A DNA stretch of 64,000 bases from Podarcis gaigeae (lineage: Eukaryota): assembly GCA_964106915.2 (NCBI GenBank), contig OZ066929.1; one strand, given 5' to 3'. The translations under genes and the position numbers were made by a program. The notes under the pieces were generated by a model that saw nothing but the letters and a program-made list of their open reading frames with translations, searched no databases and had not been told where the DNA came from. This document shows, piece after piece, positions 13,301-24,400 of this stretch (its first letter is position 1; every line of letters starts with the position of its first letter).

Positions 13301-16300
13301 TTTGTTTTAATCTGTTTTTAATCTTGTGTTTTAAATTCTTGTAGCCCACCCTGGGACCTCAGAAGAACACAAGAGCCTTCTGGACCAGGGCGGCGGCCCA
13401 TCCAGCTGGATGCCCCAATGGGAAGCCCACAAAGAGGCCCTGAGAGCAAGAGCCCTCCCCTGCCAAGGTTTCTAGCCCACAGGACTCAGGCGAAGCACTG
13501 CTGCCTCCCTCTGTGGAGGAAGAGCACAGCCACCAATAGCCTTTACCCCCTTGTATTCCTCTAATCCTCCTTTAAGGCTGTTTGTCTAATCCTCTTTTAA
13601 AGAGCAGGTAATAAAGTGAATAAACAATAAGCTACAGAAATGTTCATCCCATAGGGAACAGTCAGGGGAGCCAAGGAGAACGGCCCCAACCTCTCCCAGC
13701 AGATGGGTGTGGAAAACGCAGCTTGAAACAGCCCAGATCCTCCCCTCCTCCCCTTTGCCTTTTCTGGTAAGCAAACATGGATGGCTCACCCAGGCCCCCC
13801 TGGCTCTTGCTTCTCTGAGGAGACGCCACCTTTGCACGCCCTGAAGTTTGGAGGAGTTCCCCTCTCTCTGTCTCTCTCTCCGCAACCTGTGACTGCTCAG
13901 CACCTGCCCGTGAAGCGAGGCCTGCCGCCAGAGCTCTCCAAATTCCTCTTCCGAGGAAGGCTCCACTTAGTGGTGCTGCTGGCCAAACACTCGTGACTCA
14001 TTCTTTATTGCAGGATCCCAGCCAAGGCACACGGAGCAGAACAAACACGTCTCTGGGGACCAGAGTGCCAAGGCGGTGCCCCACCCAGACAAGGGCAGGC
14101 GAGGTTCGCCCGGCCGTCTTGTCAACTCTGAAATGCTGAAACGTCCTCAGAACAAGCACCACCAAGTCCTGCAGGGGCTTACTCAACGTGGCTCGGCGGG
14201 AAGCGTCTGCTTGCCGTGCAAAAGGTCCAGGCCCAGTGGCGTCCTGGAGAGCCACCAGGCGGCCAGCCAGAGGGACCAAAGGTCTGACCAGGGCAGCTTC
14301 CTGCCCTCAGCAGCTGGGGTGTGGCTGCAGATCTGCTCCACCATGCCAGCCTCTTTCCATCATCATTCCTTTCAGATTGTGAGTCTGCTTGACTTTAAGT
14401 CCCAGATGAAGAACCAAGCTGAGCTGTTCGGCTGCCTTGCTGCCAGCCCTGTCTGGCCAAATAAAACCAGGTCCCCTTCTGATTCTGCTTGTGTGTGTCC
14501 CCCCCCCCCACCATCTCGCATTACACAAAATGCAGAAACCAAAATTATCTCAGGCAACCATCACACGTCCCCTGCTAAATCAGGGATGGGGAATCGGCAG
14601 ACTGTCAGATGTTGCTGGACTCCAACTCACATCACGGCCAAAGATGATGGGAACTGTAATCCAACCAGCATTCAAAACTTGCCAGGCGCTGGGCGCACTT
14701 TGCCCCTGGCTGCTGGCCACTTGCACTGAAGTGAAGATGCCTGGGCGCCAGGATGACACCTGACGTCTTCTCCATCTGGAGGTGCCTGCCTGGGGATCCT
14801 TGGGTCTGGACTGTTTTCACACACTAGCAATGCAACCTGTTAAGATTCTATCTGTGATATTTTACCTGCACAATCAGAATGAATTTCAGGAATCAAAAAG
14901 TCATATTGAAAAATATGACTTTCAAGGCATCTGGTGCCCAAATGGCAACTAGGCATTTAGTTTTGGTGACTTTAACCCTGGTTTAAGGAGCCATTTCGAG
15001 CCTAGCGTATACATCTGAGTTTCTGACAGAGTCCAGTGTTATCCGGAGGACCACTCAGGCAGTGTTCAAAATCCCCCAGGCGCAAGGCGCATTTTGTGCC
15101 TGGCGCAGGACCAATTGCAAACAAGTGAAGATGCCTTGTTGCCAGGTTTCATGGCTGACATTGCCACCATCTGACTGGCGTGCAGCAGTTTTCTGTTCCT
15201 GCATGCTCACGCATCAAAAGACATTGCTGCATGCCAGCCAGCCTGCCAATCTGTGGCGATGTCTTGTTGCTATAATAAACTTCATTCGGGGAAAAGGCAA
15301 CTGGACAGTGCATTGTGGTGACTGTAACCAGGGTTTGAAATTAGCAGAGTGCCAGGCGCATTTTGCGTCTAAAAATTCTCCATTTGAGAGCACCTCAAAA
15401 AGTCTGGGTGCCATTTTTGCACCTGGATGACACTCCAGGATTCCTGAAATGTAGGTGCTTTGAAGCCTTGAAGCAGGTGTTAAGAATAGACAATACGTTA
15501 AGGAGTTTAACAATGGAGTAGAGTGTTTTGAAAACTCAAGTATGGTACCAATATTTATATCGTCAACACCAAATTAAACATGCATTAACAGTGTTGCTGA
15601 CTCCCCCAGTGGTGACTAGACATTCTGTTTTAACACCCACAACCCAGGTCTCAGAAACCATTTGGCTCCTAGCTTTCGTATCCCAGTTTCTCACACTGAC
15701 CGTAACTTAGATTCAAGGTGCCATTTGGCGATAAGCTTATCTACCTGAGTTTCTAATACTGCACCCCGACACTACAGATCTGCTTTACACCCACAATATA
15801 TACACACATGAAAGGCTCAGGGAGCTATGGACACTTCTGATCCCAGAGGCTGGACCCACAATTGCAACAGCCACCTGCACCTTTGCCGCTGTCCTTACAG
15901 AGGCGCTGGGGAGTGGGGCAATCCTGCAGCGCCTTCTCCAGGAAGCGTTATGGGGCAAGGCAGGGGGAGCCCTGCCTGGGCTGCAGACTGAGATGGCAGC
16001 TCTGCTTCCAGCCTGTCATGGCAAGCCCCCCCTCCGCACAAGTCAGGCCCATGGAATGAATGGAATGCAGTTTGTGTCGAGATCTGGCGAGGGTGGGAAA
16101 GGGGGAGAGAGCTGACTTCAGTCCTACTTTCCACAGTGGGGAGGAGTGGCAATGCCAGCGTGTGGAGAATCTTGCTGAAATTCCTCTCTTGCACGGGACC
16201 CAAGTGTGGGAGAGGGAAGCAGAGGAGAGGAGCAAGGGAGGGAAGAAAGAAAGAGCGCAGGGCCCTCTGCAACAATGCTGGCAATGAGAGGAGAGCAGGA

Positions 16301-19300
16301 AGCACCCAGGGACAAAATGTCAGGAGGGAGGCTTTCGTGCTCCCAGAGCCCTGAGTGCCTGGAACAAGACGCAGCTGCTGGTTCTTCCTGCCATCCCCAC
16401 ATGGGTGGAGAAAGCTGGAAACCTCCTTTGTCCAAGGAAGAGCACAGGAACCCCCCAGCCTCACAAGTCCCAAGCCCTGAATCCCTACAATTCAAACTCC
16501 AGATGAAGGTGATGGACTATATGGGATTGGCAGAAATGACTGGCAGAATCCGAGACCAGGGAGAAGAGTCGGCGGAAGAAGACTGGAAGAAATTTAAAGA
16601 CTATTTACAGAAATATTGCAAAATTAATGAATGTTAGAATGATGTCGGATAGAAACTAAGTGGTTTCCAGCTGTAATGTTTTAAGAGAATATGGAAAAAA
16701 AGCTTTAGAAGCAGGTTACAATTTATTGATAAGGATTTGCTGAACTAATAATCTGAATTGGAATACAAAAAAGGGAGGTATGAGGAGGTCTGGGAAATAA
16801 GTTAACGGAAAATAAGTAATGGAAACTTTGTGTGTTTTTAATTATTTTTATTTTTGTATTTTTGTTACTTTTTCTTTTTCCTTTTCTTTCTTTTTGATTT
16901 TTATTGTATTAATACTGAAAACTTCAATAAATATCTTTAAAAAAAAATACAATTCAAACTCCAAGGCAGTAAGTGGGACCCAATTCCCAGGGCTGCGCTG
17001 AGTTGCAGGCCTGGAAAAGGCTGGGATTTGGAATGTTTTATGTCCTGTACGTAAATGATTTCTATTCTTAGCAGCCTTTCCCCTCAAGAACCTTCTTTCT
17101 CTCTCAGCAGAAGAATCTCCCTTGCCAAATATAAAAGTGTCTCAAGTGCTCTTGTTCCAGAGGACTTCAGCCCCCCACCCAGGAATTTCCCATGCCCCCT
17201 TCAGCTGCCACTCCCAGCAAACAACCCACAGATGTGGGTCCAAGCCCCACCCCGGAGGGCAGATGGTCCTTCTCTCTCTGACATGCCGCATTCTCATCCC
17301 ACAAGCGGGGGGAGAGGGGGGCAAGGCCAGCCAGGGACAGGCGACTTCCTAAGGAGCCACTCAAGCCAGCTGGAGGGTTTGCTCTTGACAGAGCACACAC
17401 AGGGATCCCAGCAACCTTCCTGAGCATAATGATGGCGATGGTGAGGGAAAAGACACATTCAGGCACCTTCAGTTTGCAGCATATTCATGCTTATCGCCTG
17501 GAGTAAACAATGTCCTGTTTTGCTTCTCAAAGGCACCAGAGGAGAAGAACAGAAGGAGAGTCTGCTGGGCCAGGCCAACAGCCCACCTAGTCCAACAAAC
17601 TGCTCTCATAGGGGGCCAACCAGATGCCCATTGGGGGAAGCCCGCAAGCAAGATCCAAACACAAAACCCTCTCCCTTCCCACAATTTCCAGCAACTGGTA
17701 TTCAGAAGCATCACTGCCTCTGACCGTGGAGGAAGAACACAGCCCTCCTGGCTAGTGGACATCGATAGCCTCCTTCTCCTCCTCCATGCATCTGTCCAAG
17801 CCTCTTTTAAAGCCGCCCACACTGGTGGCTACCCCTGCCTCCTGCAGGAGCGAGTTCCACAGGTTAAACATGTGGCTTGTGAAGGACTTTCTTTTGTCTT
17901 CCCCAATTCACTGGATGTCCACAAGTCCTTGTGCCACGGGGGAGAAAACCCTCTTTTGCCAATATGCAAAACTCCCTATCATGTCCTGCCTCACTCACTT
18001 ACCTAAACCAAAAAGGCCCCCCAAAGTTGTAACCTGCCCTGATAGAGGAGTCTCTCCACACACACCCTGTTCACTTTGGTGCCCCCCTCTCCTTTTAAAA
18101 TCACTATTCATTGTTATTACCTGCAGTCCTGCACAGCAGCTTGAGCCCACAGCATTTCACAACAAAACATCCCCCTGGCCTTCAGTTTTGGAGACCCCAG
18201 TGAGAGGCTAGCACTTCCCTGACCGCAGGAGCAGATTGCTTTGTGACAGAAGGCAAAAAAACAAACACAGGTGATCATTTGTTGCACTATCCACAAGTTG
18301 GCAGATTCCTTTGGGAGGGGGTCCCTCATTTCCAGGGCTGTGTTCATAATAAAAGTTCTCCATAATAAACACCATTCTCCACCAAATGTGTTTGGCTACC
18401 TTCTTCTGAACCCTTTCCAGCTTGAAAAGACCCTTTTTAAGGCAGGGCAACCAGAACTGTACACCATATTCCAAATGTTTTGTATAATGGTACTGGGAAA
18501 GCGGGAGTTTCATTTTCAATCTCTTTCCTAATGGCCCAGGCATGGCATTTGCCTTGTTCACGGCTGATGCAGCACACTGAGTCAACATCTTCACAGAGCT
18601 ATTTGCTATGTCCCAAGGTTTCATTGCTGGTCAGTCGTTGCCAGTTCAGACGCCGTAAGAGTAGATGTGAAATTTAGATTATTATTTTTTTGCCCCAACA
18701 TGCATCACCTTCCATTTGCTTACAAGGAATTGCATTTCCCATTTTACATCCCACTTGCTCAGTTGCGGGGAGGGGGGTGGGAATTAGTGGGAAAGAAAAG
18801 TAGGAGAGAGGACTCTGCCTTGCACATCCTGCACAGAGAGAGAGATGGACCTGAAGGCTGAAGCACTCTGCATTTGAATCCCCGCGCAGCCAGGTGAACA
18901 TGAACCAGGTGCCTCCTCTCAGTCTAATCTACTCCACAGGATTGTTGTGAGAATAGGATAAGCCTCTGCCTGCTCACGCACACACTTATTGAAGGAAGAG
19001 CAGGCTGAATGAAAAAGCACCTGAGTTCAAGGAAGGGAGTGTTCACCAAGCTTTGTGTACAACCAGCCAGCGGGCTGCCCCTCCTTGTGGGAGATTTTGG
19101 CTCTGTTGTGACAAGCACTAGACAAGGATGCAAATAAATGTTAGGCTCCATCTGTTTAACCTGGGGAGGAAGGGAGGCTGGGAGGGCAGAGAGACCTGCA
19201 GAACTGCATCTGAATACGCACCAGCCTCTTTCCAGGATTAGAACGGCACCCTCCCTCTTGCATGAAGTGCTAACACTTCACTCTGCATTGTCTCAGGGAT

Positions 19301-21409
19301 CCCTCAGTGGTTCTTCATTGGGTGAGACTCAGACAAGTGAAGAGAGGAAAGAGAATTGACTCAAAGGGCTCCAAAAGTGGTCATCCCCCCCCCCCACCTT
19401 CAAAATGGCAGGGGGGCAGGAGGCTCTGGGCGGGGAGAGGGGGCAGGAGGGAGGAGAAAGGATGCCCTGTGCTTTTGAGGAAAGCTCTGCCCAGGCCCAG
19501 CCAAATGCCACCAAGAAGCCGAGAAGGACCTGAGATGCAGCAGGTGGTGTGGGAGCAAAGCACACAGCCCAGGATATAAAAGGCAGTTCAATCTAAAACC
19601 AATAATCCACTCCCTTGGAAAAGCCACCAGGCAGGACTCCTGCCAGGCCCTCTAGGGAGGCAAGGGGAGGGGCTGGCTCCAGGATGCGGGGAGGCCCCAT
19701 GGAAGCCCTTTACCTGTCAACAGGATAAGGGCTTCCACCCAGAAGCTGCTCAACTGGCCCCATGGGCAGCCAGCGCTGCCTGTTTAAACGACAGAAGCCA
19801 GGAAATTAGCCAGGCTGCAGCTAAGCGAGTTAGAGGCATTGTAAGCTTGCTCTTATGTTATTAAACCAAGCTGGCCAGGGAAACAAAGGCTCAGAATGTG
19901 CAGGGCAGGCATGATTTCGAGGACACCAAGTCTGGCCAACAAAATGCATTTTTCCTGCACAAAGAATGGCTCAGAACTGACTGCACCGCACCAGCAGCAT
20001 CAGCCACTGGTGGCGAAGGAAGCCCACCCAGAACATCCAGCAAAGGCTTCCTGCTGGAACCACAGCAGAACAGGCTGCAGCTGAGACAGTCCCTCCCGCT
20101 GTGTCTCACTAGCAAAGAGTCACAGCTCCAAAGTCCTCCTGGGATCATCCATGAGCACCACGGAAGTGGACAAGGCCTTCCTCTCTCAGCAGCAGCAGCA
20201 GCAGCAGCAGCGCTGCACCCAGGTGCCCCTCCCTCCCTCAGAGGCACCACAGAAAGCAGAATCCACTTCTCCCAGCACTTCCGGACAGGCCTGAGAAAAG
20301 AGTTCCATTGCTCTGCTCCCCTCCATCGCATCCCGAGAAGCCAGCCATGGTAGTTTAGGTACCAGCTCTTCAGACCTGCAAGCTGGCACCAGCATCCTAT
20401 CTGCAAATGTTCTGGCAACCTGACATATGGGGTTTTTTCCCAGCCCAACTCACAAATGTAAGATAAGGGTTTTTTCAAGTGCAGTGAATTCAAAAGCTGC
20501 AATCGGGAACCAATACTGCTCTCCTCCATGGCACCCAATTTCTGGGGGGGGGGGGACTCTGCAGATCTCATCCGCTTATCCAAGGCACAAATGGGCAGGG
20601 GTGAGGTGGAGAGAACCCATGTCTAAGAGCTTGTCAGGCAGACACAGACTGCCATGCCCTTATCACACCTCCTTGGCTGAGACCCCCCAACCCTCCGTTC
20701 CACTGCGCTGCAACTGGGAGCCAGGAGACCTTCAAGCAGCCTCTGCAGAGGTCACCTGCTATGCTTCCTTTCCTCTTTGCATCAAGCCACTCTTGGCAAT
20801 GCTGCTTGTGACTAAGAGCTTCCATAACACTCATAAGCAACAGGAAATAAGAGCCCAGCAGCTCAGCCCAGAAAGATTAGGTAGCCCACCCTGAGAACAA
20901 AAAAATCCCCTTTGGGGCAGTTCTTGACTTTCCGCTCAGAGTCCAGCTTCCCTGACCCAGCAGCCACTTCTGTAAGTCAGGTCAAAACCCTGGGGAAGGG
21001 GGGAGAGTGTGTCTGTGTGACTCCTCCTAAGGCCACAGGGTTTCCCTGCAATCACCCAGCACTGGAATGCAAAACGGAATATGAAAATGTACACGCCTAA
21101 ACCCTGAGCAGAGCAAGAATACCTTCCCCTCTCCCAGGACGCCCACTAAGTAAGCATCCCGCCTGCCCTTGCAGCTGTGGATTTGCTGACCTCAGGTCAC
21201 TTTTAATTAATGCCAAATTCACTCCAAGGGCTCGGGCTGCTAACAACCTTGACAGAGACACAAGTTGCAAGACACCCATACAAAGGTGGCAGAGTCCAAC
21301 TCATTTTCCTTCCCAAGGTCACCGGAGGTTTCATCCCTTCTGGCCGACCCTCACCCTCACTCCCACTGCACTGAACAGCGACCCCAACTCTCACCAGGCA
21401 CTTGGAAAG

Positions 21410-21445
<36 letters not shown>

Positions 21446-24400
21446 ATCTCCACTCCCTCAACAACACAACTGCAAGCCTGGTCAGCAGGATATACCTGCC
21501 CATTATGGGACCTCGCCTGGAGTTGAGTCCCAAGATAATCAAAGAAACACACAAACATAACACAGTATAGGAATCCTCCTGGCCTGCATCTGGGATTTGA
21601 TGTTCCCATACACTGTTATATACTGCTTATACATATTTGTACTATATATGGCTCCATTCACATAACAAAAACTATCATAGAGATATCAAAGTTTTCAAAA
21701 GTAGGAGGTCCATGGCTTGGCTTTTGAAAAGTATGTTACTTTGGAATCACTTATAATGAGATTTTTTTTTTTAAAAAAAGAAATATTATTAAAGTGACTT
21801 GCCCAGTGGAAAGTTAAACATGGAAGTATAATATGCTACATATGGGAGCAGAGTGCTGCTTGCCTGTTTCCCACAGGCATCTGGTTGGGAGAAGGTGCTG
21901 GACCGGATGGGCCATGGGCCTGATCCAGAAGGCAGCCTGAGTGGCTACCCAGGAGAAAGTCCAGTTGAGGCTGAATCTGCCAGGTTGCCTTGCCTTGTCT
22001 TTTAACACACCCAGAGGCCCCTGCTGCACCCAGAAGGGAGGTGGGCTTCACACCTGAGCTCTGAGTGGGGCGTATTCACGTGTAGCTGCTGCCTGGCATA
22101 CAGGACCGGGGTGGGGGTGGGGGGTGGCAGCAAGTGGGTATGCCGTGCCATGGCCTGCTTCTCCAGAGCCACCATCCCCCTGTGCCTCAGTTTCCCCGCC
22201 TTCCCTCCGGGAGAGCAGCCTCTGCTGCCTCGTCTTCTCCCCAGGGGAAGGCGCGCGTCTTCGGCGAGGAAGCGGCTGGCTGGCAGCAGACGGATTAGGC
22301 TGAGGAGCAAGAGCCACGCTTCGCCGCGGGCAGCCCAGATGCCCTTCCGCTTTCGGGCGGCGGCGGCGGCGCCCTCGCAGACCCGCCCCGCCCCGGGGCA
22401 GCCGCCTCCCTCCTGCTCCGGCGCAGCCAACTCCGGCGCCGAAGCGAAGTTGTTGTCGTCAGCGCCAGAGCGGGGCCTCCTCGGGAGAAAGCGAGACCCG
22501 CCGCCCCCCGGGACACCGGCCCAGCCCTCGCCGCGGGGAGCCCACCGGGGGGGGCGCATTCACAAGGGACACGCGGACACGGGACTCCTCCTCTGCACGT
22601 GGAGACCTAGCTCCTCAGGGTCGGAGGAGGCGGGGCTGCGGGCGGGAGGCGAAGAGGAGCCCCGCCCCCTCAGCCCCTCCGGGGGTCGCCGCGCGCGAGA
22701 AGGTCCCGCAGCTCCGCCGGGCTGCCTTCGCCCCCGTGGGAGACCCAGTCCAGCGGGCGGCGGGAGAGGCGCTCTGCCCATGCTCAGAGGTCCGCCTCGC
22801 CGCTCCCTCCTGGCCTACCTTGCTGAGTAAGCTGCTGCCGCCTGGCCCTCCCGCTCCGCCGCGCCCTCCTCGTGCCCCGTCGGCGACGGTCGCTCCAGCC
22901 GCTCGATCGGATCGGCGGCGGCGGCGGCGGCAATTGGGGCTCCCGTCACGGGCCGGGCGGAGCCGTGGCAAGGGCGGAGTGCGCCTGCGCGGCGGGGCTG
23001 GCGAACCGGCCTGGCTCGGGCCCTCCCGGGGGGGGCGGGGGCAGGAGGGCAGGAGAGCGGCCTGGCCACGCCCCTCCGCGCCTGCGCGACCCTCTCTGCT
23101 CCCCCGCCCCCGCGGGCCCGTTTGCGCGGGAAAGGCGCGCGCGCGAGAGAGAGAAGCCACCTCGGGACGGGGCGCCTCGGTGTCCCTGAGGGAACTTCCT
23201 CCGCCGCCCCGCTAGGTGAGGCGTTTCCTCGCCTCGGTCGCGCTCGAGGGGCCCTGGGGGACCATCCGTGGTGGAGCTGGAGGGCCTCTCGGCGGCGCTT
23301 GGGCCTGACACCCGCCCTCAGAGCCGCCCCCACTGCTGCCCGTCCGAGTGGGCAGCGCTGAGCGAGGCCTGAGCGGGTCCGAGGCGGCTCCCCGCGCAGT
23401 GAGAGGGATCCGGGCGAAGGCCTCCTCGCCCTGCTTTGGGCCGGCCGGCTCTTTCCAGAAGAGCCTCGTCCTTGTTGCCGGAGGGCCTCTCTGGGGCACG
23501 GCAAGCGGCGGAAAGGCCAGGCCTTTAATGCCGGCGGTGACTTTTAAATACAAGTTCTAACATTTGTCAACTCTTGGAGGGGGAAGAGAGCTTGGGATCT
23601 GCTCTGCTCACATGAAGAAAGCAGGAGAGCATTGCAATTCGCTGCAGCCCTTCCCAGGCGCCCACTGCAAGGAGAGCAAACGCCGACCTAGAAAATAGAT
23701 GAGGGCTCTGCCATGCAGAAGACCCAAGGAGACTTTCAGTGGGATTTAGCCATATTCTGCGGGTTGCACAGCACATACACTCAGTGGCGTAGCGTGGGGG
23801 GTGAAGGGGGGCCCGGCCGCACTAGGCGCAACATCTGGGGGGGCACGCGCTCACACTTGCAGCTCTCTGCCCCTACTAAAATCCACGGGTTAGGGGGTGC
23901 AAATTACTTTCCTTGCCCCGGGTGCTGACAACCCACGCTACGCCACTGCATACACTATACTTAGGGGCAAAGTGGAAGGGTGAAAATTGCCTTTTGCAGT
24001 TCCCCGCCACCAGCAGTCTTTGCCTTTGCCTTGTGGTTCATTTGAGCCTAGCCCTGCTTGCAAATCTGACCAGTTTACAACGTGTCAGGCTCTGGCAGTT
24101 GGCAAGTCCACGGTTTGTTTGTAAAAGGTTGTGGGTTAAGGCTCTGACTTCTCCAATGAAAGGTCTCAGGTAACAGAACTGTAAGAGACACCTGTCTGGA
24201 GAGTTGCTGCCAGTTAATGTGCCCAGTGTTGGGGCAGATGCAGCTTTAGCCTGTAAGGGAGCACCTTGTAACACCTATTTGCTCACTTTGCCTGAAGCTC
24301 TGGCAAATTTCTAACAATGATGGGGGATAGCGAGGGCGAGGACAGTACTGCACTGGAAGGATAAGACAGCTTAGGATAAGACAGCTTCCAATGTAAGGGT

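Noticed and set aside
19713-19762. ATG-initiated segment ending at a CAG|GTAAAG donor as another MYO1C first exon
   Set aside because: Donor is phase 2 relative to the ATG, out of frame with phase-0 exon 2; non-coding use cannot be supported from sequence alone
22002-23553. Many overlapping 100-240 aa Arg/Gly/Pro/Ala-rich ORFs
   Set aside because: Expected stop-codon depletion in a CpG island
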